Below the pieces are notes generated by a model that was not told the origin of the DNA, did no database searches, and saw only the letters and a program-made list of their open reading frames with translations. The translations under genes and the position numbers were made by a program. DNA of 64,000 bases from an uncultured Planctomycetaceae bacterium (GTDB taxonomy: Bacteria; Planctomycetota; Planctomycetia; Pirellulales; PALSA-1355), in assembly GCA_963785305.1 (NCBI GenBank), contig CAWAUV010000007.1:288001-352000 (forward strand), given 5' to 3'. Numbering within the stretch: position 1 is the first letter of the stretch; every line of letters starts with the position of its first letter. Shown here piece after piece: positions 1-11,916 of the stretch.

Positions 1-104
1 CAAAACAGCCCCTTCTCGCGAAGCCATTCCTTGAAGCCCTCCATGAAATCTTGCATGGCCGAGGGCTGCACGAGACCCGAATCCGCGGTTTCGATCCGTG
101 ACAT
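1..104 (-). CDS. 5' end of a paralog of the adjacent prenyltransferase/squalene-cyclase-repeat membrane protein (partial, runs off window)
   Basis: Manual translation from ATG at 104 gives MSRIETADSGLVQPSAMQDFMEGFKEWLREKGLF, which aligns with MSWTQTAGCEQPSTLRTLIEKFKVWITEKGLFW of the gene starting at 2350. Confidence 0.7.
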   Translation of the reverse strand, partial: MSRIETADSGLVQPSAMQDFMEGFKEWLREKGLF

Positions 105-250
105 AGATATGGTCCTAACTTCGCAAGCAAACAACAGAGGGGAGTGGAGAGAATCGACAATCAAAATGAAAGGATCACGGCGACTTCAGACCGCGCTACG
201 CCATCGGCCCGCCATCGCCACCAAGCTCGACCACCGCGCCCCGAATCGAG

Positions 251-313
251 AACCCAGCCGGTCGCATCGACAACTCTGCCGGTCGCATCGACAACCCAGC
301 CGGTCGCATCGAG
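251..313. repeat. 3 x 21-bp tandem repeat (AACYCWGCCGGTCGCATCGAS), intergenic
   Basis: Units read directly at 251-271, 272-292 and 293-313. Confidence 0.85.
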
Positions 314-714
314 TCACACTGAATTATCTTTCGACGCAATGCGGCTCGTCAAGCGGCGCCGATGAAGCTGGGGCCGCGAAAACCGGCCGGCCCGCGGGCA
401 ATTCCACGGCGCTCGCCGCGAATTTCGCCTCAAACATCACAAATTACCGTTTCCGGCCGGGGGCCGAGCCGCGACCGGCATCTGGTATATCGCCAAACAT
501 TCATTGAATTATTGCCCGAAGAACCAAATTCCAGGACCAATTCCGCGCCGCTTGGCGGGGCGCAACATGGCCCGCCAGCGACAAGTTTCGCCCGCCGCGG
601 CCGCGAAGCGCGAGCTGGCGGGGGGATCGATGGGCCGCTAATCTGACCGGCCAAATTGTCCGGCCCCCCGCCGGTTGTCGGGCCGCCGCCGGCGCCGCCT
701 GTTTCTTGCCCGAA

Positions 715-2350
715 TTATTGCTTATCGGATTTTTCGACCCGCGGGCGGGTGTCTTTGTCCTGGGGGCCGGCCTCGTCGTCGTTCTTGCCCTGGGGCTCGA
801 CTCGGTAGAGCGGCAGATAGCGGTAATAGACTTCGAGCGTCAAGCAGCTCAGGCTGGTTTGAAAAACGCGGCCCGCCTCGTCGCCCCAAGGATCTTTGGC
901 CGGGTCCCAGCTTCCAGCCGCGCAACCCAACTTGATTTGCGAGTCGACCAGAATCTTGCGCATCGAGCGGTTCCAACCGTCCCAGAGCGGCCCCTGGAGA
1001 TTGTGCAGGACTTGCGTGGCGTAGTACCAGTAATACACATTCCGCCGATCATCGCGGGGCATGTGGGAAATCAAGTAGGCGCCGCCGCCTTGAATCACGG
1101 GGTCGTCTTTCGCGGCGCCCAAATACTGCGCGCACAAGAGGCCCACGGCGCTCATCGGCGGAGTGAAGCCCTTGTCGGCCATGTAGCCGAACTCGCCGGC
1201 GCCGTTGCCGCATGTCGCGAGATATCGCTTGGCGCCCTCGAGTGTTTGGCTGTTGACGCTTAAGCCAGCCATCTGGGCGCTCTTGAGCGTCATGACTTGC
1301 CAGCCGACGACGGAAGTGTCGCCCTCTTGCCGCGGAGCATATCGCCAGCCGCCTCCGGTCGGGTGCTGCGCATTCTCGATGAAATAAACCGCCTTCTGAG
1401 CCGCCGCGCCATAGGTCTTGTCGCGGGTCATGCCGAACGCTTCGCATAAGCAAATCGCGCAAAGGGCATGCGAGTACATTTGCGCTTGTCCGCCGACCGA
1501 GAGATCGCCATTGCCCTTCTGATTGGCGGCGAGCCAGTACAGACCGTTCTTGATCGTCGACTGATAGGGCCCCTTGTTTTGATGCGTTTGGCCGGCCGCC
1601 AAAAACGGCAAGAGCGCCATGGCGGTGGCGGCCGGGTTCGATTTGACCTTGCAAGGCTTGCCCACGCAGGATGGGTCTTGGCCTTTGCAGCGACTTACGA
1701 ATTCCGAGAGCGACCAGCTTCCATCGGGGCCTTGATGGCGCGCTAGCCAACTGAGCGCGGCCGCGACAGCTCGTTCCGTGTCCTTGGTGCGCCCGTCGCT
1801 TTGCGCGGGAACGTTGAACACGCAAGTTGCATAAATTAATTGGAAAGCCGTCTTTGCCGCCCGGGCCCTGTCCACGATCACCGCTGCGGCCACCATCGCC
1901 CTTCAACATCATCCCGCCTTTCAAGATCGATTTCAATGCGGGCGGCATGCCGGGCAGCGGCGCCAGGCCGCCCCCCGCGAGCCCGCCGCTGTTGTGCTCG
2001 AACAACGCTTCGGGCACGGTGTCGGCCGGTAGTTCGACCGCCGTGGGAGGCGGCGCGAGCGGGTCGGGATTTAAATCGATCGTCGCGGGCTGGGCTTCGG
2101 CCGACTCGAAATTTTCAATGTCGGGAATCGGCTCAACCTCGGCGCCTTCGAATCCCGGTCTCGTGCCCTCGGGCCGGGGCGCCACATACATCGCGCCGAG
2201 AATCAACATTGCCACCGAAAGAACCAAGAAGTGCGCCGTGGCGCTGGTGGCCCAAAACAAACCCTTTTCGGTAATCCAGACCTTGAACTTCTCGATGAGA
2301 GTTCGGAGCGTCGAGGGCTGCTCGCAGCCCGCCGTTTGGGTCCATGACAT
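715..2350 (-). CDS. Membrane-anchored prenyltransferase/squalene-hopene-cyclase-repeat (QW-like) protein, frameshifted near 1800-1830
   Basis: N-terminal TM segment (ATSATAHFLVLSVAMLIL) and Pro/Gly linker in ORF 1049-2482. ORF 715-1896 has ALSWLARHQGPDGSW, AQHPTGGGWRY, GDTSVVGW, YYWYYATQ and LTLEVYYRYLP motifs typical of this family. Confidence 0.8.
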
Positions 2351-2732
2351 GGGAGAGCCCCCGCCCTTGGGAATCGATGCAATGAAAGGGAAATGCCGAA
2401 TGACCAGCCGACAACGCTTGCCAGCGCACGTCATTGCAAGCACGACTTGCCGGTGCGTTGGTCGAAGCTTCCCGCCAGACACCGAACTATCGCCGAGTCC
2501 GGAGCGATTTATTGCACGCCCGCGGCAACCAACGAAGCGATTGGCCGATCTTCAAACGTCAGTCGGCCAAACAGGCGTGCGACTCGGCGCCGTGAAACGC
2601 GGGAAGTCAACGTGCGGCCGGCGCCGCGCAAATCAGTCGCATTTTACTCGTTGGAAACGCCTTGCAAACATTGTGACGTGGGCCCCTCAATGATGCCGAT
2701 TAAATTCTCGACGTCGATGCGCGGAGCGTTAG

Positions 2733-3635
2733 TTATTCTCCGTACCCTGACAAACGCCACGAGAGTCGTTTGTCGAGTTCTTGAAGCACCGTGAAGATTC
2801 GCTCAACGTCGAATCCTGCAAAATCGTCGGCACGAAGCACCGGGCGCAGTGCCGCGTCGACTTGCCTGCGAAACGCATTGAACCGATCACTCAACACGTC
2901 CGTCGGCTCATCCTGGCACACTTGCAGCTTGCGCTTGACAAGCCCAAGCAGGTTGGCGTCCGTGACGTCAAGGATCGCTCTTTCGATCGCATGATGAAGA
3001 TCAAACAGATCACGTATCGCAGGCTCACGACGCGAGAGGGCCGCGCGGATTTTCTCCGCATAGGACTCACGTAGCGACATCGCAACCACCGGCATCGGGA
3101 CGATCACTCGCTTGGCGCTGAGCGGGTCGATTAGAATGGTCTCGGCAAGGCGCTCTCCGACAGCTTCCAGCACAGGTTCCCGCAGGCTGATTTCGATCTT
3201 GATCGTGTCCTGCTTCCCAGTGATCCGCGATGCGTAGGCGTAGGCACCGTTGTACTGGGTGCTCCTGTTTGCGCCCGTCAGCGGCTGCACTTCAATCAGC
3301 CACGACAACCTTGCAACCATCTCTCCAATGTGCTCTTTGGCATGCTTGATTGCTTCCCGTCTCTTCGATTGCGTTGCTGCACCGTCTAATGAAATGGCGA
3401 AGTCCAGGTCTTCGCTCAGGCGATGAAAGCCAGCATAAACCTTGCTGAGCGATGTCCCGCCCTTGAAAACCAGCCCGCGAGCAAACAGCGGCTGAAGATC
3501 GCGAAGAATCAGCGAGCAGAAATAATCCTTTTCGATGAGCCGCGAACTAAAGCCGGTCTTCGATGCCGTATACGCCAAGGCATCGTTGAATCGCCTTGAA
3601 TCGTCGTGCGTAAGCATGTCGGCTGCATCAGGCAT
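2733..3635 (-). CDS. abiEii: AbiEii-family nucleotidyltransferase toxin (type IV TA)
   Basis: Motifs IEKDY, FKGGTSLSK, HRLSEDLDF, EKIRAALSR and RDLFDL; overlaps the stop of the upstream antitoxin. Confidence 0.9.
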   Translation of the reverse strand: MPDAADMLTHDDSRRFNDALAYTASKTGFSSRLIEKDYFCSLILRDLQPLFARGLVFKGGTSLSKVYAGFHRLSEDLDFAISLDGAATQSKRREAIKHAKEHIGEMVARLSWLIEVQPLTGANRSTQYNGAYAYASRITGKQDTIKIEISLREPVLEAVGERLAETILIDPLSAKRVIVPMPVVAMSLRESYAEKIRAALSRREPAIRDLFDLHHAIERAILDVTDANLLGLVKRKLQVCQDEPTDVLSDRFNAFRRQVDAALRPVLRADDFAGFDVERIFTVLQELDKRLSWRLSGYGE

Positions 3636-4422
3636 TGACTACGACCCTCCATCGATCCGACGCTTTTCCTCGTTTCGGCCGCGTTGGAATCCAGGGAATC
3701 AGGCTTGAGGTCGGTCGCAGCGTTTTTTCGATCTTCCGCAGCAGAGACTCCGGTACGTTCGCGTCCGCGAGCAACCACCCCATGCGTCGCAATGTTGCTT
3801 GATTTCCGTAGCGAAGGGACACCGAGACAAGCTCCGCGGCAAGATGGTCGTCCTTCTTTAGCTCCGCCCGAATCCAGTCGTATGCACGGGGCAATGTCTC
3901 AAAGCGCGACCAATCATAGACGGCATCCATCAGTGCGCGGGCCTTCGACGCGTAGACAAGTTTCAGCCCCTCCGGCGTTTTGACGACATCCGTAGCTCCC
4001 AGCCGATCGTCGGCCACCTTCACCAGCGTCAACTCCACGGCGCCAATGGCCCGGCGCCCTGAAATGCGATTGTTGTACACGAAGGTTCGATTTGGAATCT
4101 GATCGTCCCAGCCGTAGCGCGAAAATGCGTTAGCGCCGGAAATTTGGTACGCCCCCCTCAGGTCGTCAAAGAGCGTATTCAGGGCGAGGGCCTCGCTGGG
4201 AGTCCATGACCCACCGGGGGGAATCCGAGGTGGGACCAAGTAGAGACCGCGCCGCACTCGTGCGATCAGGTTTCGGCGGGAGAGGCGGCTAAGCAGCTTT
4301 CGTTCTTGCGGCGTGGTGAGCCCTAGCCGCTCGACGAGCTCGCCGCAGCGTACAGCGCTTTCGCCGCGGCTTTGGGTGTAACCGAAAAACCTTGTTTCGA
4401 GTTGAGTAAGGCCGGCAGCCAT
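3628..4422 (-). CDS. abiEi: AbiEi-family antitoxin / transcriptional regulator
   Basis: wHTH-like LLSRLSRRNLIARVRRGLY, then YQISGANAFSRYGWDDQIP and ARALMDAV...RRMGWL; directly upstream of abiEii. Start taken at ATG 4422 (ORF open from 4479). Confidence 0.85.
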   Translation of the reverse strand: MAAGLTQLETRFFGYTQSRGESAVRCGELVERLGLTTPQERKLLSRLSRRNLIARVRRGLYLVPPRIPPGGSWTPSEALALNTLFDDLRGAYQISGANAFSRYGWDDQIPNRTFVYNNRISGRRAIGAVELTLVKVADDRLGATDVVKTPEGLKLVYASKARALMDAVYDWSRFETLPRAYDWIRAELKKDDHLAAELVSVSLRYGNQATLRRMGWLLADANVPESLLRKIEKTLRPTSSLIPWIPTRPKRGKASDRWRVVVNA

Positions 4423-4547
4423 CAGCACGATATCCCGAATAAATTCCTGATTTTGGCATTTGGGAGAAATATAATACAATCAGACATACAAAATAATGCA
4501 CCATTATTCATGTCATTTCAAGCTGTTTTTATGACAAATTCACGTAA

Positions 4548-4606
4548 TGTTGTAGATCGGTACAACAATTGACGCCGCTATGGACTGTTGTATAATCAAT
4601 ACATCA
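4548..4606 (+). promoter_or_regulatory. Near-consensus sigma70 promoter with two palindromic operator-like sites
   Basis: TTGACG(4569-4574)-N16-TATAAT(4591-4596). Palindromes TGTTGTA-N6-TACAACA (4548-4567) and TGTTGTA-N7-TACATCA (4586-4606). RBS GAGGAGG precedes GTG at 4630. Confidence 0.65.
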
Positions 4607-4629
4607 GCAAGTGACAAGAGGAGGCGAAA

Positions 4630-7600
4630 GTGCCTATTCAGAATGAATTTGGAGCATTTTTTCGGGCCAAGCGAATTGCGCTAGGCCTGCCGCTCCGAGA
4701 ATTCTGCCGCCGAAATGGGCTCGACCCCGGCAACATAAGCCGCTTAGAGCGCGGTCTACTTGCCCCCCCCCGTTCAGACGAGATATTGGACGCGTACTCG
4801 GATTACCTGAAACTCCCGCCAAAGTCCGAGGACAGGCAGACGTTCCGGACGCTTGCGGTTCAGGAATCCCTGCCCAAAGGGTTCCAAATCATACCCGAAA
4901 AAACTCGCCCGGGCGATCCGTGGGTAAACGCGGTGGACATCGAGGCCTGGGCCGACCTCATATCGGCACGTAGCGATCTACCTCGACTAATTCGGCGTCT
5001 CATTCGCGCAACGTCCGAGTCGACGCTGCGCATCGAGTTTGCCGCCGGTGAAGGAAGTCAACGGCCGGGCTGGGACGGAGTGCTCCAAGCATCAGCGGCG
5101 ACTACGAATGTCCCGGCTGGGCTGAGCGTCTGGGAACTTGGCACGGGCGCCGACCCTGCCCGGAAGGCCGAATACGATTTCCGTAGCCGGACAAAGAATC
5201 CGCTGGGCATCCGGCCCACCGATGCGACGTTCATATTTGTAACCGCCAGGCGGTGGAACGGAAAGGCCAAGTGGGAAGCAGAGAAAAACAAGCTAGGCCT
5301 TTGGAAAGAGGTTCGCGTGCTCGATGCCGACTCGCTTGAAGCTTGGTTGGAGCAGGCCCCTGCCGTCGAGACATGGTTTGCACGATGGTTGGGAAAACGA
5401 ACCGAAGGAATGCTCGACCTCGACGAATACTGGAAGAATCTCGCGGCAACGACCGAGCCGAAACTTACTCCGAGCATATTCCTAACGTCTCGTCGGAACG
5501 CCGACGTTCGCACACTTGAACAATGGCTTGGCCTCACGGCGTCGAACTCAAACGAGGACAGTCGTACCACGGACGCTTCGACTGCGGCAGGGGGTGCTTC
5601 GGCACTTGCCATCGAATCCGGCTCGCCCTCGGATGCGCTCGATTTTCTTGGAGCTTACGTTGCCAATCTAAGTGACGAGGATCGCGACGCTTTAACGTCC
5701 CGCATCGTTATCGTCGAAGACATCGCATCTTGGAACGTGCTATGCGACCACCAGCAATCCTTGACACTCGTCGCGAAACCCAGCCTGTCCTTGGAAGTCG
5801 AGGCGGTTTCTCAGGCAGTACGTAAAGGCCACCGGGTACTGCTTGCCTCTGATCGCTTTGCGCCAGGCCATTTCCAGACGCTCGCACTATCTCGCCCCGA
5901 CGCGTTCGAGCTTGCCGATGCCTTGAAAGGCGCAGGCTTTGAAGAAGAAGCCGCTCAAAAGCATGCGATTGATTGCAGCGGTAGCTTGACCGTTCTAAAA
6001 CGCCGTCTTTCCCGGTTCCCGGCGACCACTGAACCGGCATGGAGCCGTTCCGAAATCGCAGACAAGTTGGCGCCCCTTGTGTTGATTGGCTGCTGGGAAG
6101 ATGGTTCGATCGCCGACAACGGCATTGTCTCGCGCATCATGGAAAGAGGCTATGCGGAAGTCGCGGCTCTCGTCAGCCATGCGGCTACGCTCCCCGATCC
6201 TCCGTTGTTTCGTGTGCGCGGTCTTTGCAGCCTTACGTCACGCGAGGACTCCTGGGTCTTACTTGCACGCCGGTTGCGCGACGACCAGTTGAAGGCTTGG
6301 CAAAAACTCGCGGTCCAGGTTCTCACGGCCGACGCTCCCCAAAAAGTGTCCCAGCCGTTCTCCCATGAATCCGGAGCCGAACCGGAGGCGTATTCGGAGT
6401 CACTGCGCCTGGGCATCGCCGAGACCTTGGCGCTGTTCGCCGTCTATCCTAACGAATTCGGCGCGAATCGAGCAGTGGACGCCGCAACCGTCGATTACGT
6501 CGTAAAGAGGGTCTTAGGCGGCACTCCCGGTTGGCGCCGGTGGGCGGCGTTGCGAAGACAATTGCCTCTGCTTGCGGAAGCCGCGCCTGGCGCCTTCCTT
6601 GACGCGATCGAGTCGGAATTGCGGGCAAAAGGAGGAGACATCCTTCAGCTTTTTGCGGACGGCGACGATCCCCTTTTTTCACAATGCCTGCACTCGGGAC
6701 TTCTCTGGGCACTGGAAACCTTGGCATGGCATCCTTCGCACCTCCTACCGGTCAGTCTTGTCCTTGCGGAGCTGTCTGATCGTGATATTGGCAAGCGGTG
6801 GGCGAACCGTCCCATGAACAGCCTTTCCGAGATTTTCCTGCCTTGGTTGCCGCATACAGATGCCCGCGTCGAGGAACGCATCAAGGCCCTTCGGAGAATC
6901 ACCGAAAAGAAGCCGATGCCCGGCTGGCGCCTCTTACTCAGCCTGTTGCCGTCGTTCCACGGACACTCTATGCCGACGCATACGCCAAAATGGCGCAATT
7001 GGGCAGCGAACTGGAGGTCAAAGCCGACGAACGCCGACTACGCGCGGCAAATCCAATTTTGCGGTGATCGCCTCGTGGAGTTGGTGGGAAATGACCCAGA
7101 TCGATGGAGCGATCTCATTCAGCACATCGCGGCGCTGCCGCCGACATCTCGCAAGACCGCGCTTGCACAATTGTCCGGTCTTAACGTCTCCGAAATCAGT
7201 CCGGACGCCAGGCAAAACCTTGTGGAAAAGCTCCGCGTGCGGATACAGCGGCATCGCGCATTCCCAGGCGCACAATGGGTGCTTCCCACTAATGACATCG
7301 TGGCATTGGAACAAGCGCTCAGTCACCTCGAATCCGACGATGCCGTTGCGCCAATGCTTGGCTGTTCACGGATCATGTGGAACTATCCGAGCCGCGCGGG
7401 CCAGATTGGTCATGGGACGAAGAGCAAAAGAAGGTCGCCTTGATGCAGCGAGCCATCATTCGCGACGTTTTTGACCAGGATGGAATCGCGGGGGTACTCG
7501 AACTGGCCGAGGTTGTGAAAGCGCCCTGGTTGGTCGGTGAATTGGCCGCTGTCGAATTGGACATTGGCGCGACCGTGAATCTGCCAGCCAAATTGGTGGA

Positions 7601-8741
7601 CACAAGTCGAAAAATCAGTGGCTTCGCGAGGGGCTACGCTGGCCGTTCTTTTCGGAAAGGCGATTGGAATTGGGTGGAGAGCCTTCACGTCGACCAATGG
7701 TCCGCGGAGCAACTAGCAAGTCTAGCGACTGTGCTGCCCGTCGCTCGGAAAACTTGGCTCCTTCTTGAACAACATAGCGATGAAGCGTCACGCATTTATT
7801 GGGGCTCCGTATTTTTGCGGGGCATCGAGGATCCGTCGGATTTCCAATATGCCGTTTCGCAACTTCTCGCTCACCGACGACCGTTCGCGGCCGTGGGCGC
7901 GCTAAGCATGGCATTGCATCGCAAGTTCGATGTGCCCGCCGAGCTTCTGCTTACGACGTTGGAGGCGACTCTCCAACAGAACGTGGACACGCCGCCCGAG
8001 GACATCGGTCCGAGCATTGTCGACCTGCTCCACGAGTTACAAAGCCGCGAACCGCCCGTCGAAGAAACCCGACTTGCACGACTGGAATGGGCCTATATCA
8101 AGGTGCTCGACGGATTTCCGGCATCCTCGCGAACCTTGCACCGCCTATTGGCCAGCGAACCACGCTATTTCGCGGACCTGCTCGGAATGATTTTCAGTCC
8201 ACGGAGCGAGGTAGATGCGCCAGCGGAGGAGCCTTCCGCGGAACGGCGGGCTCTCGCGATGAATGGATACAGGGTCCTTACCTCGTGGGACCAAGTTCCT
8301 GGAGTCGATGCAAACAGCCAGACAGTGGACGGCGATGTTCTCGCAACTTGGATCGACACTGCCCGGGAGCTATGCCGCGAGACGGGTTACCTGGAGATTT
8401 GCGACACTAGAATCGGCGAAATGCTGGCGCACGCTCCGCCGGAAGCCGATGGAAATTGGCCCTGTATTGCCGTGCGCGACGTCATTGAAGCAATCGACGC
8501 CCCCGAGCTGTCTCGTGGCTTGGTCATCGGCAGGCTCAATTTGCCCGGCGTCACCGTGCGATCGCCGACGGACGGGGGAATTTTGGAGCGCAATGAGGCC
8601 GCAAAATATGCTGCCTTTGCCAAAGCGTCAGAGGCCGAATGGCCGGTGACTGCCGCGATGCTTCGGGAGATCGCGGACTATTACAACCACCGCGCTCGCG
8701 ACGAAGACGCTGAGGCCGAGGTGCGCCGCCTGGGTCGCTAA
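4630..8741 (+). CDS. Large (~1370 aa when joined) XRE-HTH protein with a restriction-endonuclease-like domain and long helical C-terminus; frameshift near 7350-7380
   Basis: N-terminal XRE HTH (FGAFFRAKRIALGLPLREFCRRNGLDPGNISRLERG), then PGWDG...VWELG...KAEYDF...FIFVT. ORFs 4630-7443 and 7377-8741 overlap out of frame. Confidence 0.7.
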
Positions 8742-8792
8742 TCCGAGTTTTGAGGAGTGGCAAGGCGATCTTACGCTTGGCTTACGATTCAG

Positions 8793-10512
8793 CTACCATT
8801 TGAGGCCGAAGCGTTCGCCGCCCGAGGCATGGCCGATGCCGCCTTTGAGCGGCTTCGAGCGCTGGGAAGTCTTGGCCGGCTCCGGCGGGGGAGCATTTTC
8901 CTCGGCCTCGCGCTGCGCCTGATCCTCGATCTCCTTCTTCGAGAGCGGCCGGGCCTCGAGCGCCTTGAGCGACAGACTGATTCGCTGTTGTTCGGCGTCG
9001 ACGCTTTGCACTTGGGCCTCGACCGTCTGCCCCTCTTGCAAGACATCCGACACGCGAAAAACTCGCTTGTGCGACAGCTCCGAAATATGCACCAGTCCCT
9101 CGATGCCCGGCTCCAGTTTGACGAACGCGCCAAACTCCATCAGCCGCGATACCACGCCGGTCACACGGGCGCGGGCCGGATAGCGCCTCGCGGCGCCCGA
9201 CCAGGGGCTCTCCGAAAGATCGCGAAAAGCGAGCCCGATCTTGCCGGTCTCCGGATCGATCTTTTGAATTCGCACTTTCACCTTTTGGCCTTCGGTGAGC
9301 GCCTCGTTCGCATGCTTGAGCCGGTCCCAGGAAAGTTGGCTGATGTGAATCAGGCCATCGATGCCCCCCAGATCGACAAACGCGCCGAATTCGCGCAGGC
9401 TGCGCACCGTGCCTTCGCGAACTTGGCCGACTTCCATCTCCGCGAGCAGCTTTTCGCGGGCCGCTTCTTTCTCGCGCTCCATGAGCGCTCGCCGACTCAG
9501 CACCAGCCTCCGTCGCGAGGGATTGGCCTCGGTGACCACGGCGAGCAGATTCTGCCCGACTATTTCCGCGAGGTTCTCGACGCGATAGAGTGAAATCTGG
9601 CTGGCAGGCATGAACGCATCCAAGTGACTCACTTCGCACTCGAGCCCGCCCGTGTTGTGGCCGGTCACGCGGGCCTCGACCGTCATGCCCTCGCTCACCT
9701 GCGACCAATCCTCGATCTTGGCCGCGCCGCCCGGCAGCACGACTTCATAGAGCCCATCGGCGGCATTGAAGCGGGCCACGCTCACTTCAATGACATTGCC
9801 CGCGGCGGGCGCCGGCGCCGATTCATCGGCTCCGCGAATGCCGATCAGCGAAAGCACGCCCTGATTGCGACCGCCCAGATCGAGAAACACATGATCGCGA
9901 TGCACCGCCAGCACCCGGCCGGAAACACGCGTTTCGGGCTCGAGCTCCACCGAGGTGGCGTCGCGGCCCGGCTCGAGCAGGGCGTCGAGCTCCTCGCCGC
10001 CAAGGGCCGCGGCCAGCTCGGCTTCGAGGTCGGCCGAGAGCGGCTCGCGCATATCTGGGCCGCGGAGCGCGGGCCTCGGACACCGGCTCCATGATGGCCG
10101 GTCGCGGTTTCGGCCCTTTTTCGCGGGGTCGATTTTTCGTGGCCTCGCGACGCTCGCCCGCGGATGCCGCCGCGGGCGCCGATGATTCCGCGGCGACCGG
10201 CGTCGCGGGATCGGACGACGGCGCTGAACCGATTGCGGCAGCATCGACAGGCGCACCGCCATTCGTCGGCTCGCTAGTGTCGGTCGTTGCGCTCGCCGCG
10301 CCAGAACTCGCCGGCTCCGAGCTCGCGAGCGGCGGAGCGGAGGCGGGGCGGTCCATGCGCATCGGCGCAGAGCCGGGCCGCTGCGAACCGATGCGAATCC
10401 GCCGCGACGATCGCGTCGCGTCGCTGGCAGCCGCGGCATCCGTGTTCGCGGGCTGGGAAGTCGCCTCGGCCGACGAAGCCTCGGGCGAGGGAGAATCACT
10501 CATGGAGCTCAT
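8793..10512 (-). CDS. S1 RNA-binding-domain protein (ribosomal protein S1-like, four S1 repeats) with long low-complexity N-terminus; frameshift near 10050-10070
   Basis: S1 motifs such as [34 protein letters not shown] and [31 protein letters not shown]. The N-terminus [11 protein letters not shown] lies in the overlapping frame. Confidence 0.85.
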
Positions 10513-10769
10513 GGACAGACGCCTAAGACGGTTTTCAGAAAAAAGCCGGCGTTGATTCGCCCGCGCGCAAGAGGGCGGCGATCGAAAGAACGCGATTTCC
10601 AACACGGCCAAATCGCCGCGATCAAGGCGCCGCGGCGAGCCGAGTCGACACTCGCCCACGGTGGGCGAAACAGCGAGCCAGTTTAGCAGCGAAGCCGCGC
10701 ACTGTACAATATGCGCGACCCGCGAGTGTGTTTTTCAACAGGCGAATCTTCCGCCGGGGCGTGTGAACC

Positions 10770-11401
10770 ATGAGCTCAAGTGGCTTGCGAACCGAGGGAG
10801 CGACCATTGCATCGCTCTTGGGCGATGCCCCGCTCAATGAACTGGGCCCCGGTTCGCCGCGCGCCGCTGCCCGGGGGCGTTTGGAGGCGCTGCGTCTCGA
10901 AGCGTTGGGCGATGGCCGCCCGGTGGTCGATCGCGCGATGGCCCGCGCCTGCCTCGCCGCGCGTATGGTCTGCGCCACGATTATCTCGACGAATCGCATG
11001 CCATCAGCCAAGACCTCGACACGCTCGAGGGTAGCTATTGGCATGGAATTCTGCATCGCCGCGAGCCGGACTTCAGCAATGCCCGCTATTGGATGCGCAG
11101 GGCGCCGCGACATCCGATTCATGCCGAGTTGCTATCGGGCGCCCGCGACTTGGCGGGGCAAATGTCGACGGGGCCCGGCGCGGCGGCGCTGTTGAACGCC
11201 CCCGCCTGGAGCGCGGAGGCGATGGTCGATCTTTGCGAGCGAGCGCTCGGCGGGCCGGAGTCGCTCGACCTTTTGGTTCGCCGGATTCAGCTTTTGGAGT
11301 GGGAATTGCTGTTTGATTATTGCCACCGGGCCGCGTTTGGTTTGCCCGCGGCAAATGCGGCCGCCGCGCCCGGCGTGGCTAAAGAAAGCCGCCAAAAATA
11401 A
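10770..11401 (+). CDS. Conserved hypothetical protein, frameshifted near 10960
   Basis: Joining ORFs 10770-11195 and 11093-11401 via the frame reading HDYLDESHAISQDLDTLEGSYWHGILHRREPDFSNARYW...LLEWELLFDYC gives a coherent protein. Confidence 0.65.
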
Positions 11402-11472
11402 CGCGCCTACAATATCTCCGCATCTCCGCGTGCTTTTTACTTCATGCCAGCATCCCCCTCCGAGGCCAAGCC

Positions 11473-11916
11473 ATGTTGCAGTACGATTTCGAGGACAGCA
11501 TCGGCTATTGGGTCATGTCGACCGCGCATGAAATCTCGCGGGTAATGAACCAGGAGCTCGCCGCCCACGGCATCACTTTTCGCCAGTGGGAAGTGCTGGT
11601 CTGGCTCTCGATCCATGGCGAACAGTCGCAGAGCGTGCTCGCGGAACGCATGCTCGTCGAGCCGCCGACCTTGGTCGGAGTGCTCGATCGCATGGAGCGC
11701 GACGGCTGGATCGAGCGAGCGCCGGTCGAAGGTGATCGCCGCAAGAAGCAGATTCGCGTGACCAGCAAAGTCGAGCCGATGTGGGCCAAAATGGTGGCCT
11801 GCGCCCATCGCATGCGGTCCAAGGCCGCCGGCGACCTGACCCCCAGCCAACTGACGGCCATGCGCGACACCCTGGCCGCGATTCGTGTAAATCTCGGCGG
11901 CTGCGAGAACCCGTAA
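11473..11916 (+). CDS. MarR-family transcriptional regulator
   Basis: GITFRQWEVL...SQSVLAERMLVEPPTLVGVLDRMERDGWIER...DRRKKQIRVT. Confidence 0.92.
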   Translation: MLQYDFEDSIGYWVMSTAHEISRVMNQELAAHGITFRQWEVLVWLSIHGEQSQSVLAERMLVEPPTLVGVLDRMERDGWIERAPVEGDRRKKQIRVTSKVEPMWAKMVACAHRMRSKAAGDLTPSQLTAMRDTLAAIRVNLGGCENP

